Origin: Octopus sinensis | Lineage: Eukaryota | Assembly: GCF_006345805.1 (NCBI RefSeq) | Contig: NC_043000.1 | Coordinates: 96,472,001-96,536,000 of the forward strand | Direction of reading: 5' to 3' | Length of the DNA: 64,000 nt | Shown here: positions 37,701 to 51,018 of the stretch, in pieces | Layout of the letters: each line of letters starts with the position of its first letter | How positions within the stretch are numbered: position 1 is the first letter of the stretch | Translations under genes and position numbers: made by a program | Notes under the pieces: model-generated | Database searches by the model: none | Seen by the model: only the letters and a program-made list of their open reading frames with translations | Told to the model about the DNA's origin: nothing

Positions 37701-38640
37701 AGGCAGTGAGCTGGCAGAATCATTAGCATGCTGGGCAAGATGCTTAGCAACATTTGGTCTGTTCTGACATTCTGAGTTCAAATTCTGCTGAGGTCAACTT
37801 TGCATTTCATCTTTTTGGGGTCGATAAATTAAGTACTAGTGAAATACTGGGGTTGATGTAATCGACTAACCCTCTTCCCCATAATTTCAGGCCTTTTGCC
37901 TTTAGTAGAAAGGATTATTATTATTATTATTATAATTATTATTATTATTATTATTATTATTAAAGAGGCAAGCTGGCAGAATTGTTAGCATACCAGGCAA
38001 AATGCTTGGTGACAATTTGTCTGTCTTTATGTTCTGAGTTCAAATTCCATCAAGGTTAACTTTGCCTTTCATCCTTTTGGGATCAATAAAATAAGTACCA
38101 GTGTAGTACTGTGGTCGATGTAATTGACTAGTCACCGCCTCCAAAATTTCAGGCCTTGTGCTTATAGTAGAAAAAATTATTATTATTATTGTTAGGGTGG
38201 TGAGCTAGCAGAATTGTTAGCACCCCAGGCAAAATGCTTAGCAGCATTTCATCTGTCCTTATGTTCTGAGTTCAAATTCTGCCGTGGCCAACTTTGCCTT
38301 TCATCCTTTCAGAGTTGATAAAATAAATACCAGTCAAGCAATGGGGTTGATGTAATCGACTTATTCCTACCACAAAATTTGAGGCCTGGTGACTATAACA
38401 GAGAGGATTATTATTATTATTATTATTAGTAGTAGTAGTAGTAGTAATATTAGTATTAGTAGTAGTATTGTAATGACAGTGGATAGAGCCTCACAAAAAA
38501 TGTCTTATAGTATTTCTTGCAAATCTTTACATTTTGAGTTCAGATCTTGCTGGGGTTACTCCTAACATTTCTCAAGGATCAGTAAAATATAGTACCAGTG
38601 TAGTACTGGTGTTTGTTGTATCCACTAACAATCAGCAAAA
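37701..38640 (+). mobile_element. Tandem array of 4 family A SINEs separated by (ATT)n/(AGT)n
   Basis: Units start near 37701, 37965, 38195 and 38480. The first three end ...AGAAAGGATTATTATT-like. Confidence 0.85.
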
Positions 38641-38987
38641 TATTTTTGTCTAACATTCTAATAACTGCCAATTCACCACCCTTTATGCCAGCCATTTTAA
38701 CCCTTTTGTTACTGTATTTATCTTGAGATGGTCTGTGTTTCTTTCAATTAATTTTAAATATAACAAAGAATTTAGTAAAATAACTTGGTTATCATAAGCT
38801 AGTGTTAGGAACATGAATTGTGACTAAGGTCTGGTGGAAGATTTTAATTTAGGACATATGAAAACAAGACATTTGTACTACAGAGTCAGAGACGTTTTCA
38901 TCCTGATTGGGATTGAAAGAGTTAAGAAAGTATTTCAATAAAAGTCTTAAAGTTTTGACTTATTGCTTCAATTTCTTTTTTTCAGAC

Positions 38988-39075
38988 ATGAATGTCGATG
39001 CTACCATGGATTCTCTTATGTATCCAAAATTGGTGAACAAACCATCGATTGCAAAAATTGAACAAGATTTTCTGG
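38988..39075 (+). CDS. FYCO1: FYCO1-like, coding exon 1 (MNVDATMDSLMYPKLVNKPSIAKIEQDFL)
   Basis: Pyrimidine tract and AG at 38984-38985, ATG at 38988, GT donor at 39076, phase 1. Splices in frame to the RUN-domain exon at 41380. Confidence 0.75.
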
Positions 39076-39151
39076 GTATGTTTATGAATTCTTTGTTTAA
39101 CGTTTTTCTACAACTTCCCTACATATATATGTATGTGTATTGAATATATAA

Positions 39152-39205
<54 letters not shown>

Positions 39206-39789
39206 TAATGTTTGTTTTTATGTCAGATTATATGTATATAAACCATTTAGCATTAAACTGAAGGATAACTCATAAATTTTTACAAGGATCAGGCTGACAG
39301 TATCTTTGAAATCAAACTGTCAGATGAAGGCAAACAACCTGAAATTTTAATGTCACTGTCAATCTTTTCCTTTAAAAATTAACAGACACACACACATACA
39401 CATTCGAAAAAACATATTTGTCTGTGTATCCCTCTATCTCCTTTGTACTACTTATACTTCAACCCCTCCCACTGTTCCTTGTGAGTAGGCTCCAATACAT
39501 CTCCAACACCATCTATAATTTTCTCTCTCTCCTTCCCTTACTGTCTCTTTCTCTCTAGCTTTCTCCCACCTTCCTTGTCCAACTGGGGTAGCCAAGATTC
39601 TCCCCTGTAGTAAGACAACTATCTCTGCCCTGTTATACTATGACCTCTTGTCTGGCACACAGCGACTTCCCTTGGTTCTACTCCCTCTCTCAACCAAGTA
39701 GTTTTTGTCTTACAAGCTACTTGGTAACCCTACTGGTACTGGTGCCACATGAATGAAGATTTTTTGTTTTTGTTTTTGGAAAAACTGCA

Positions 39790-41283
39790 TCCAGTAGCTA
39801 TCTCCAGTTGAGTGCTGTGTTTTGTGCAGTGTGTTATTAAAGCCCTCAGATGCCAACCAAACATCCTACACCTACTAAGGCTTCTGGCAGTGAACCTAAG
39901 CACCAGAAAAAGGTTATGACACTCTATGAGAAGGCACAACTGCTGGGTGTGTTCCGAGAAAGTAAAAGTTGTGCTGGAGTAGGTTGCTATTATGTTGTCA
40001 ATGAAAGCACCATATGCTACATAAAGAAGAATGAGGTAGCGACCAGGACTACCGTAGCGGTAAGTTTCTGTGAAAGTGCCAAAAAGATAATGTTAGTGAA
40101 AAATATGGAATCTGCCTTGGCATTGTGGATCAGTAACTGCAAGAAGAAAACCATCTCTGAGCAGTAACATCATCTGTGAGAAAGCGCGGAAATTATACCA
40201 GCAATTTGACAGAGGAGACTGAGCAGGAGGCACTGAAGAACCGCAACCAAGGCAGTTGACAGCACTGGAGCCTGAAGATTTTCAAACCAGCAAGGGATGG
40301 TTTGACTGTTTCTTGAAATGGTTTAAAATAAAGTGTGTTCCCCTGCATGGAGAGACAGTATCAGCCCACAAAAAAGCTGCTGAGATGTACCTCGAGACCT
40401 TCAGGCAGATCATCAAGTACAAAGGATAGAAGCCGGAACAGGTTTTCAGTATGGACGAAACTGGCTTGTTCTGGAAGAAGATGCCTTCCAGAACATGCAT
40501 CATGAAGGACGAAGCCAGAGCTCCAGCATTTAAGGCACAGAAGGACAGAGTGATGCTAATTATGTGTGGCAATGCTGCTGGCTTCATGATGAAACCAGGA
40601 CTTATCTATAAGTCTGTGAATCCGAAGGCCTTCAAAAATAAGAATAAAACTCTGCTGCCTGTCTACTGGATGCACAACCACAAGGCCTGGATTACCAAAA
40701 GTCTTTCTTTGAATTGGTTCTACTAGTGCTTCATCCCTCAAGCCAAGGAATGCCTCCAAAATGTTTGCATGGAATTCAAGGTGTTGCTTGTTATGGATAA
40801 TGCTGGTGATCACTCTTTGGATTTGAATCACAGGGGAGTTCAAGTTGAGTTCCTCCCTGCCAACACCACCTCCCTCATCCAGCCTATGGATCAACGCATG
40901 ATATGTGCCTTCAGAGTACTTTACACTCAGAACTCTCTCCAACACCTTGTGGACACAATGGATTCAGATGAGAATTTCAAGTTAAAGGAGTACTTTATGA
41001 TCACAACGTGCCTGTGAGTCATCCACACTGCTCTTAAAGACATGAAAAAAGAAACCCTCATCGTATGCTGGAAGAAGGTTTGGCTATGAGGGCTTCTCAC
41101 CTCTGAGCTGAAACTTTAAAAAAAAAAACAATATATATATATATATATATATTTATTTATAATATTTTACATCATATTTTAACATTTATGGGCATTTTTA
41201 TGGACCACGTCCAATATTTGCAGTTTTTCACTATTTGCGGGTGCCCTAGGAATGTAACCGCTATGAATACCGGGGAACTACTG
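39790..41283 (+). mobile_element. Degenerate Tigger/pogo transposon in FYCO1-like intron
   Basis: Broken ORFs 39850-40167, 40451-40726 and 40769-41017 carry a CENP-B-like HTH and the DETGLFW, DNA and QPMDQ motifs. Right end GGGGAACTACTG followed by TA at 41284. Left TIR not found. Confidence 0.9.
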
Positions 41284-41379
41284 TATATATGTATATATAA
41301 ATATATATATAAACACACACACATATATACACATACATATATATATAGTTTTAATTTCAATGACTTCGTTTACTTTCAG

Positions 41380-41499
41380 ACTGCCTAGAGAAATTAAAAC
41401 AAGAGTTTACAGAAACTGGATGCCCTGTAACAGATGATTGTCAAAATCTCCAGAAAACCTGTGCCAAATTGGAGTATTTGTTGTCTTATGAAATGAAAG
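41380..41499 (+). CDS. FYCO1: FYCO1-like, coding exon 2 (DCLEKLKQEFTETGCPVTDDCQNLQKTCAKLEYLLSYEMK)
   Basis: AG/GT bounded, 120 nt, phase 1-1. Resembles the FYCO1 N-terminal RUN region (..EF.E.G.P.TDD...L.K...KLEYLL). Confidence 0.9.
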
Positions 41500-41554
41500 G
41501 TAGTTTAACATTTATTTTTGTATCATGTTTGAAAGCAAATCACTTGGTATAAGC

Positions 41555-41809
41555 CACTGTTTCTCAACCATTTTTGACCTGTAGGTCCCCTTTGATTCCT
41601 ATGTTACTCGGATGGACTCTCCTAGCCATTCGATATTTTTAAAAAAACCATTATATTTTTATAGTTAAATATTATTAGGAGTTGCATAAGAAAATTGTTA
41701 AATATTTTGTGAATTGTAGAAATATCACAAATTCATTGCAGGTAAATTTTAATAACGAAATCTTATATGTAGCTCCAAGTGTCATATGGACCCCATTTGA
41801 GAACTATTG
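41555..41809 (+). mobile_element. Degenerate hAT MITE
   Basis: Ends CACTGTTTCTCAA and TTGAGAACTATTG. Flanks GTATAAGC / ATATAAGC (7 of 8). Confidence 0.6.
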
Positions 41810-42256
41810 ATATAAGCAATTCTCACAGTTGCTGGAAGAAAGCAGGATGCTAGACTATTGACCAAAGAAATAATAGTTTACATGCTAACCACTCAATTGC
41901 CTACTGCAGCACTCTCTGCACATATTGTCATCATCACCATTGTCATGTCATCATCATCATCTTGCTTCCATGCTGGTAGGTTTGAATATTTTGACAGTAT
42001 CAGACAAGTTGGAGGACCGTGTTGTGTTTCAATGTCTACTTCAGTATGGTTTCTGTGGTTGGATGCCCTTCCCAATGCCAATCACTTAGGTGTTTTTTTT
42101 TTCATGGCACCAACACTAGCGATTTTATTATGTAGCTTGCAAGACCAGAAAGCCCCCTTATTTGAGGGAAGCAGGGGCTACTGTAGAGAGGCAGGCACCT
42201 TTATGCTAGGTGATGAAAGGAAATGTAGACATTAAAATGAAAAATAGACATTCAGA

Positions 42257-42471
42257 TTTTAGCATTCAGATTTTTTGTCAAATGTATTGCTTATTTATTC
42301 ACATTGTTTAAATTAATAACACATAATTTTGTAGCTTCAAGATTTTAATGGTGTGTTGCATACTTTTAGAATAACATTGTAGGGTTGGTGTGAGAGGTCG
42401 GATCTGGTCAGTTTTAAAATAAAGCAGGCAGAATATTTGGTCCAGATATGGCCAGATTAAATGCTAAAGGG
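42257..42471 (+). mobile_element. piggyBac-type MITE, degenerate copy
   Basis: Homologous to 63450-63668. Ends AATGCTAAAGGG|TTAA. Confidence 0.75.
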
Positions 42472-42489
42472 TTAAGATGATGATGATGA

Positions 42490-42524
<35 letters not shown>

Positions 42525-43806
42525 GATATTCCAGGACACATCTGAATATATCTGAATATAGTGTTTGTCCAGGATAGGACTACACAGCCACAGCAGGAAA
42601 TGTATCAGGACATGAAATATAAAAGCCGGACTAGACTACAGAAAAAAAAAAAAAAAAGTAAACATGCGCAACTCCATTGTCTCCCGAGACAGAAAGGATG
42701 CCAATACAATCCAATATATATATTACATGGTATATGAAGTATTTTCAAAATTTTATAAAAGAATTCAGTTTTAATCACATTTGAACAAATGTGTTATGCT
42801 CTATGATTAATAAAACTATTAATGTATTTTTTAATGATATGGGCACACCAGTAAATAAATAGCTATAAAATTCTTGTAGTTTTTTTTTTGTGTTTATTTG
42901 AAAACTAAATATTTTTTCTCTTTCAATTAAGAGTTTGCAGAAGATTATAATTTAATTTAAAGCTAAGTAAAAGAAAACTTAGTGCTTGATTTATGTAGTT
43001 TTAATTTTTTTCTTTGACACAAAATCAGTTCCTCCAATGCCCTCTCCTCTTTCAAAGATTCCTTGTCTTGTAAGTTACTTGGTGACTCTGCTGGTGCTGG
43101 TGCCATGTAAAAAGCCTCCAGTCCATATTGTGAAGTGGTTGGCACTTGGAAGGATGTCCATCTGTAAAAACCATTCCCAAACTGACCTCACTTGTACTGG
43201 TGCCACATAAAAAGCACTCAGTCCACTCTGCTGGATGGTTGGTGTTAGGAAGGGCATTTAATCATGTTTAATTACATGAAATTGTAAAAAGCATCACATG
43301 GAGTTTGATCAGTCTGTTACAAATAGGAGCGCTTTATAATAGGGGATTTCACTTTTCTTAAGTTAAAATCCTACATTGAACAAGAAGGTAAAAGATTGGC
43401 ATCCTAGTCTGGAAAGATGGCTCTCACCCATAAAGATGTTGGATTACCAGCTACATAGTCATTGCATTCAAGTCATACTCCTGACATAATATTGTGACCT
43501 TTAGCTAAACACTCACAACTCCCCTTGTACCAGTTTATCTAATTAATAGACAAATCATTACCACTCCTTACTTTGTAGTTACTAGTATGGCAGACATTCT
43601 GGTGTACAGTTAATTTTTCCTGCAATTAAATGGTCCCAATGATATTGACGCAGCACAGACTTGGCTATGTGATTAAGAGCCTGCTTCACAAAAGCATGGT
43701 CTCAGGTTCAGTTTCATTGTGTGATACCTTTGGCAAGTGTCTTCTAATATAGCTGTGGCTGACCAAAGCCTTGAAAGTGGATATGGTAGATTTTGTGAGT
43801 GGATTT

Positions 43807-44775
43807 GGTTGGGCAAAGTTTAGGGAGCTCTTACCTCTGCTGGTGACTAAAGGCCTCTCGCTCAGAGTAAAAGGCAGACTGTATGATGCATGTGTACGAA
43901 CAGCCATGCTACATGGCAGTGAAACATGGGCCGTGACTGCTGAGGACATGCGTAAGCTCGCGAGAAATGAAGCCAGTATGCTCCGATGGATGTGTAATGT
44001 CAGTGTGCATGCTCGACAGAGCGTTAGTACCCTGAGAGAAATGTTGGACCTAAGGAGCATCAGTTGTGGTGTGCAAGAGAGACGATTGCGCTGGTATGGT
44101 CATGTGGCGAGAATGGATGAAGATAGGTGTGTGAAAAAGTGCCAATCCCTAGCAGTGGAGGGAACCCGTGGAAGAGGTAGACCCAGGAAAACTTGGGACG
44201 AGGTGGTGAAGCACGACCTTCGAACTTTAGGTCTCACTGAGGAAATGACCAGCGACCGAGACCTTTGGAAATATGCTGTGCGTGAAAAGACCAGGCAGGA
44301 CAAGTGAGTCCAGCCCACTTATGCATGCCTTTCCTCTCTTGGACACACAAAGACCTGTTGAGGCAAGCGAAGTCGATATTGAACCTCATCCGACGACAGG
44401 CACCTATGCCTACCCCCCTTTGCTTGCGAAGACCTGTTGGGGCAAGTGAAATCGGAATCGAAATTGAACCAATCCTATGACTGGCACCTGGCAGATGCCA
44501 GGACCCCTGGACTGGAGATACGTAAAAAGCACTATCCGAATCGTGGCCGACGCCAGCGCCGCCTCGACTGGCTTCCGTGTCGGTGGCACGTAAAAAGCAC
44601 CCACTACACTCACGGAGTGGTTGGCGTTAGGAAGGGCATCCAGCTGTAGAAACATTGCCAGATAAGACCGGAGCCTGGTGCAGCCTTCTGGCTTCCCAGA
44701 TCCCCGGTCGAACCGTCCAACCCATGCTAGCATGGAGAACGGATGTTAAATGATGATGATGATGATGATGATGAT
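43807..44775 (+). mobile_element. Young 5'-truncated RTE LINE (intact C-terminal ORF, 3' UTR, (GAT)n tail)
   Basis: GWAKFRELLPLL...LHGSETW...RRLRWYGHV...GRGRPRKTW, stop at 44307, 3' UTR with GGAAGGGCATCCAGCTG, TGA-repeat tail. Confidence 0.93.
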
Positions 44776-45295
44776 AAGGAGATGCTGAAAAGTTTTTGGC
44801 TTTAAAAGTATCATGAACAGCCTAGTTGGAGGCCCAACCTTCCACGTTCTTTTACAGATTCCACCTACCATATCTATTCACAAGGCATGGGTTGGTCCAG
44901 GACTATAATGGAAGACACTTGCTCAAGGTGCCACACAGTGGCACTGAATTGAAAACAACATGGTTAGGAAGTAAACTTCTTAACCACAACACCGTACCTG
45001 TTCAGATAGTGGAATTAATAATATAAAAAAGAACAAAAACCCCCAAAAGAACTAAAGACTGCAAACTTCCAATTTTCACCAGAAAACTTTTTAAAACTTT
45101 GCTCTATTTGCTTTTTGTTTCAGTGCGTATTTTAGCAATTCTGTTACCATGGAAATTAACATGTACAGTATAGTCATGTTTCACATGTTTTTATTATAAG
45201 AGCTAAAATAACATTTCACTCATTTTACATTTGTTTAATCTGAATCCATTTTCCTTCTTCGGTTTCTTAAAGATATTATCTCCTTTTCTTTGCAG

Positions 45296-45408
45296 AACAT
45301 ACCAGTCTGTTAGGCCGGAAGAAAAATTACTGGGATTACTTCTGTGAGTGCCTTGCTCCCAGTAAAGGACTCAGAGATGGCTTGAAATATGTCAAATCTC
45401 TTAAGGAG
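45296..45408 (+). CDS. FYCO1: FYCO1-like, coding exon 3 ([38 protein letters not shown])
   Basis: AG/GT bounded, 113 nt, phase 1-0. LLG.KK.YWDYFC.CL motif of the FYCO1 RUN domain. Confidence 0.93.
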
Positions 45409-45878
45409 GTAAACAATTTTTTCTCTTATTTCAGGAATTATTTTGACCTTAGACACAGGCATGGCTGCTTTGTTAAGAAATTTGCTTTGTGGCTTCATGA
45501 TTTTGGATTCAGTATGGCACTTTGGACAAGTGTCTTCTATTATAGCGCTAGGTTGATTAATGCCTTGTAAATGAATCTGCTATCTGGAAGCTGTATGGAA
45601 GTCTGTTGTATGTATGTGTGTGTGTGTGTGTGAGTTTATGTATGTTTGTCTCCTTGTCTTGACATTGTGTGATCATAAGTGAGTGTCATTGTAATACAGG
45701 CAGTGTCATTCAATTCTGTAAAAATAAAAGTCTGACCATGAGAAAATATTACCTTGCTTGTGAAAAGATTGAATGTTGACAACAAAAAAAAAGCATCTGG
45801 CTGCAGAAAATCTACTTCAATAAATTTCATCTGATCCATGCAAGCATCGATGACAATGACAATGATAAAAAAAATTAA

Positions 45879-46293
45879 TCTATATATATAAAGCTGAAGT
45901 TGTCTGTGTGTGTGTGTGTATGTGGCAGGTTTGGTAGCCTTCAACTAACACTGTCTCCTCTGAGACCCTGCGGTGCAAGTTGATCAAAATTGAGAGTATG
46001 ATAGAAGAAGGCTTGCTCTTCATTCCATAGAAGAAAAATTTCAAATCATGTTAAGACCAAAAATTATTTACATCAAAAAGGTGCTTTTTTTCTATGAAAA
46101 TCCCTATATTTTACGATTTTTTGACTGCTGTGTCGCCATTTTTCGGTGTATTTCAACCAGAAAAATGTTCACTTAAAGAGAATAACAAGCTACATAATGC
46201 AAAATTTTAACTTTTCAAAAATTCCAATTCAAAGTCTGCCATTTTAAGCGCAACTAAAAAACAAACCCGAGTAACGCCGGGCTATACTGCTAG
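45879..46293 (+). mobile_element. Non-autonomous Helitron, same family as 32191
   Basis: A|TCTATATATATAAAGCTG ... CCCGAGTAACGCCGGGCTATACTGCTAG|T. Closely similar to 32191-32614. Confidence 0.88.
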
Positions 46294-46399
46294 TAAGAGA
46301 TAAAAGTATTTTTAAAAATTAAAAAAAATTATTAATATTTTTGTTTGTGAATATCTTTATTATTCTGAACATTTTTTAATTCTAAATGTTGAAAGTTAG

Positions 46400-46800
46400 T
46401 AAGCTGGCAGAATCATTAGCATGCCATTTCTTCTGTTTTTATGTTCTGAGTTCAAATCCCACTGAGGTCGACTTTGCCTTTCATCCCTGCAGGATTGCTT
46501 AAAATAAGTACCAATTAAACATTGGGGTCAATATAAGTGACTTAACTACTCCCTTGAAACTACTGGCCTGGTACCACTATTTAAAACCAATATTAAGAGT
46601 TGACTTGGCGGTGAGCTGGCAGAATCATTAACATGCTGGGCAAAATGCTTAGTGGCATTTTGTCCCTCTTAATGTTCTGAGTTTGAATTCTGCTGAGGTT
46701 GACTTTACCTTTCATCCTTTCAGGGTCAATAAAATAAGTACCAATGTCATTGACTTATCCCCTTCCTAGAATTGCTGGCCTTGTGCCAAAATTTGAAACC
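46400..46800 (+). mobile_element. Two tandem family A SINEs
   Basis: Two GCTGGCAGAATCATT...GAGTT(C/T)(A/G)AAT...CCTTTCATCC units. Further copies at about 47585-47770, 53574-53765, 58650-58810. Confidence 0.8.
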
Positions 46801-46842
46801 AATATTAAGTGTTGACTTATTTTATTTTGTCTCTTTATACAG

Positions 46843-46949
46843 TATCGCACAGCCTTAGGTAAAGGAAGAGCATTGATTCGGTTTGCCCTTGTCCATAAAC
46901 GACTTGCAGATACAATCCAACAGTGTGTTTCAAATGGCCGTATCACAAG
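46843..46949 (+). CDS. FYCO1: FYCO1-like, coding exon 4 ([35 protein letters not shown])
   Basis: AG/GT bounded, 107 nt, phase 0-2. Canonical RUN motif GKGRA.IR..L...RLAD..Q. Confidence 0.95.
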
Positions 46950-47791
46950 GTAATTAGTTATTTTGGTTTTGGTCATTTTTGAATTGGATAAAGTTTTATC
47001 TTCTCTTTGCTTTGGTTTTTGACTTTTCCCCATCTAAGTATATGTTGCTTGAAAATTTGGATGTTTTCATAAGAATTAGGGGAAATGAATATTTGTAATG
47101 TTAAGGTGTACAGGTATGACTATGTTGTTAAGAAGTTTGATTCCCAACCAAATGGGTTTTGGTTTCTGTCTCACTCTGTTGCACCTTGAGCTAATATCTT
47201 CTATGTCCCTATACCAACCAAAGCCTTGTGAGTGGATTTGCTAGATGAAAACTGAAAGAAATATGTAAATACATATCTATGTATGTACATGTCTGTGTGC
47301 ATGTATGTGTGTCTCCTCATATTGTCATTGCATGTTCGTTGTCATACAAGCAGTGTCATTCATTTCCAATCTTCTGTGAAAACATGTCTAGTCATGGAGA
47401 AAGATTAGCTTGCTAGAAAACAAACGAGAGGCTTCATAACAGGATAGGCATCCGGCCATAGAAAATCTGCCTCAATAAATGTCATGTGAGCCATGGAAGC
47501 ACAGAAAAGTGACTGTTAAAATGACAGTGGTGATGATGATGATGATTATGGTGGTGGCAGTAGTGGCTAGTATTATTATTAGTATGCCAGGCAAAATACT
47601 TAATGGTATTTTGCCCATCACTACGTTCTGAGTTCAAATTCTGCCGAGGTTGACTTTGCCTTTCATCTTTCAGGTTCAGTAAAATAGGTACCAGTTGAGT
47701 ACTGGGGTCAATGTAATTGACTAACCCTCTCTCCCAAATTTCAGGCTTTGTGCTTGTTATAGAAAGGATTATCATTATTATTATTATTATT

Positions 47792-47841
<50 letters not shown>

Positions 47842-48865
47842 TATTACTATTATTATTATTTTTTTTTTGTAGTTATATTCTTTATCTTCCCAATATTTGC
47901 CATTCTTGTGTTATTGGGGATTGAACTTAACTTTTCAGCTTGGTAGAGTGATGAAAATGTTATAATTTACCTTGGGCACATCTCAGTGGTAAATGAGAAA
48001 TTGAACCCATCACTTTATTGGAACACATACATCATATGTACTTCATAATGAAATTGATTTTTTGATAGGGAAACAACTTAAAACCAAATAAAATATCCAG
48101 TTTTAACATATCATACCAATGTTTATATATACAGAACAATGTAAGCTATACTTGTTATGACAAACATACACACAATGTTTTTGGTGTTTGTATCATATCA
48201 GTGACAATATTTTAACTATAGTTTTTGTAGTTGTCAGCTTTGATCAACCTCATACATCTTTGTGAAGGATACTCCCTCTTTGGTGGTATCATATTATGAT
48301 ATTTTGGGTTCTGGACAATATTTCATTAGTCAGACAACTAGTTCTCAACCATTTTTTGTTCTGTACCTCTTTCATGCAATCGTGTTTTACAAACACCCAC
48401 TCTCCATGTTTTGCAATAAATAAATAAATAAAAAGCAAAAAGAACCCCTCAAACTCCTTCAGTGGATTATTTTAATCATTAACAGTTAATTTTTCTCAAT
48501 TGTTTATTATCTATATTTTCTTATTGCATCCCAACCACCACATGTCTCTTTTTAGATATAGGGTTTTTTATGCATATTAGGTAATGTTTTTTTCTATTTT
48601 TTCTAATCACCATCATGGTAACTGGACCACTTTGCTGTTGAAACACTTGTCAACATGTAAAATGTGGGAGGATTTTTTTCTGCGCCCTGGGCTAATGTCC
48701 CTTATGTTAAATTTTTATGGAAATAACTAAAAAAAAGGCAAGGACTTATATAACAAAATCATATTGGAACCATGCACATCATCAGTCATGTTTCAGTTTA
48801 CTGATAACACTATGTCCAATTCATATTTTCTCATGACAAAAATTTTTTTAAAATGTGTTGAAAAC

Positions 48866-49291
48866 TGTAACAGGATGAGAGGTCCTCACACTGGATGGGT
48901 GCTGCTCGCATCCTTTACATTAAAATATTAATCGAAGGAAAGAGTCAAGACTTCTGATTAACTTCAACAGTATAAATATTTATTCTTAATTCGTAATATA
49001 TACATTCTTCTTTCTGAGCGAATTGGCAGCTTATCACAGTAGTCAAGTGGAGTGAGCCAATTCCTGTCCATTCAATCATAGCAGAGATACGCCACGAGGT
49101 AGCAGCTTGAAAGAGAGAGCTGATAAAATATGACTGTCCTGTTCAGCTGCCAGCATTTGAGAGAACGATACGAGGGAATTTCGCTGCTGCTAGATTTCTG
49201 CGCATGCGCATGAGGGAACTTCCAGCAGGCCTCCCGGAAGAATCCAACTCTGTGCATGCATGCTGGAGATTTCCAAGATGGCGTCACTACA
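48866..49291 (-). mobile_element. Solo LTR (426 bp, probably Gypsy-type)
   Basis: TGTA...TACA termini, 4-bp TSD AAAC (48862-48865, 49292-49295), AATAAA on the minus strand, CpG retained. Confidence 0.85.
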
Positions 49292-49352
49292 AAACAAATA
49301 TTGTGCCTGGTTTAAATATTTTATTTGCAAGAAAAACAAAATCGCAATCCCT

Positions 49353-49575
49353 TTAAACCTTTAGCATTCAGATTACTTTATCAAATGTTGTTTATTTATT
49401 CACATTATTTTGAATTAATCTTGCATAATCTTGCAGCTTTAAGATTCCAAATGATGTGATTGTTTACTTTTAGAATGACACTGTAGGGTAGATGTGAGAG
49501 GTCACATTTGGCTGGTTTGAACTTAAAACAAGTAGAATATTTGGGTCAGATTTGGGAGGTTTAAATGCTAAAGGG
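49353..49575 (+). mobile_element. piggyBac-type MITE, degenerate copy
   Basis: Homologous along its length to 63450-63668. Ends AATGCTAAAGGG. Confidence 0.75.
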
Positions 49576-49990
49576 CTAAACACCCAATGTATCCCCTTGA
49601 TATTTGCTGTCTCTTTGTGAGCTCAAAATACTCCCAAAGGTATGCTGCCACTTAGGTTAACAACCACTGAGTTAGACATAGTAGAAGAGAAAAAATTACT
49701 TGTGAACTGAAATTAACATGAATTTCTAATTAAAGCTAGTTACTCTGCTAATATTTTTGGGAAAGGCATGAATGTCACAGAATTTCAATTCTGATCCTCA
49801 GATCTAAAGAAACATGTTTATGAAAGATATCAATATTATGCCAGCCAGTGTGAAGTCCTAGATATTATGCAGGTCTGTTATAAAACCATTTTGAAAGTGG
49901 AAGTGTGATTATTCTGTAAACAAAGTTTCTAGAGAATCTAGGAATAAGAATAAATTTTACTGATTTTGAGATATTTTTTTTATCTTTCAG

Positions 49991-50134
49991 TGAATGGTTT
50001 TATCCATCATCTCCTTGGTTACAACACAAACACAGTTCGGCAATTATAAATGCACTGTATGACATCAATGATGTAAACTTCGATTTAATTCCTACAGGTT
50101 ATGATTTAGACAACTCATGGCCTTCATTTGCCAG
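49991..50134 (+). CDS. FYCO1: FYCO1-like, coding exon 5 (SEWFYPSSPWLQHKHSSAIINALYDINDVNFDLIPTGYDLDNSWPSFA)
   Basis: AG/GT bounded, 144 nt, phase 2-2. End of the RUN domain, with the DLD..WP.FA motif shared with FYCO1/RUFY proteins. Confidence 0.93.
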
Positions 50135-51018
50135 GTAAATTTTCACTATTTCCTATTTTCAGTGTTTACATGTATTTAGTATATTTCAACTAAAAGTTGT
50201 ATTTCTAATTAAAAAGTGATGACAATCTTTTAATTTACTTCCAGTAGAAGTTATACTCTCTGTCAAATTTATCTTTCCTTCAAATTGAACATGAATCTGA
50301 TTAGGTAGTTTTCGTCAGCTTCCAGTGCACAAATTTATGAGAAAGGAATTGATCAGCTGAACTTTGAATGGTGATGCAGGAATTATTTATACCATAATTT
50401 TTGATCACACATTCTAGAAAATCTTAATATAAGTGCTCATTTTTGTCAAATTCTTAACTGCTGAATGGTTTAATCAATCATGAACAGAATCCAAGCATCA
50501 TAACATATATTTCTGAGCTTTCAAACTGTATGATACTCAATACAATCACCAAAGTTCTAAACTGCTAAACACCATTATAATAAGTTTGAACTTCAGAATC
50601 TATCTTGTTAGTTTTTTAAAAATTCAGTTAACTTTTGAGCCTTCAACATATTTTCTAATTGTTATTATCATTGTTTAACATCTGTTTTCCCTGCTGGCAT
50701 GGGTTGGATGGTTTGACTGGGGACTGGCAAGCCAGGCGGCCTCACCAGGCTCCAATCTGATCTGGCAATGTTTCTACAGCTGGATGCCCTTCCTAACCTG
50801 CAGGCATGGGTACCAATCAGGTGGCGCTGGCATTGGCCACGTTCAGATGGTGCTTCTTACATGCTACCAGCACAGGAGCCGGTGGGGGTGGGGTGGGGGT
50901 TTTGGATTGTGCTTTTTACGTACTACCAAGTAATGTCTAATGTAACAATTCATGGAACACAGCAGTTTTTATATTATAGAGAATAAAAATATTTCTAAAA
51001 ACTGCTATCCTATTTCAG

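Noticed and set aside
43771-44307. 178-aa ORF as a host gene
   Set aside because: It is a SINE-derived start fused to the RTE post-RT region.
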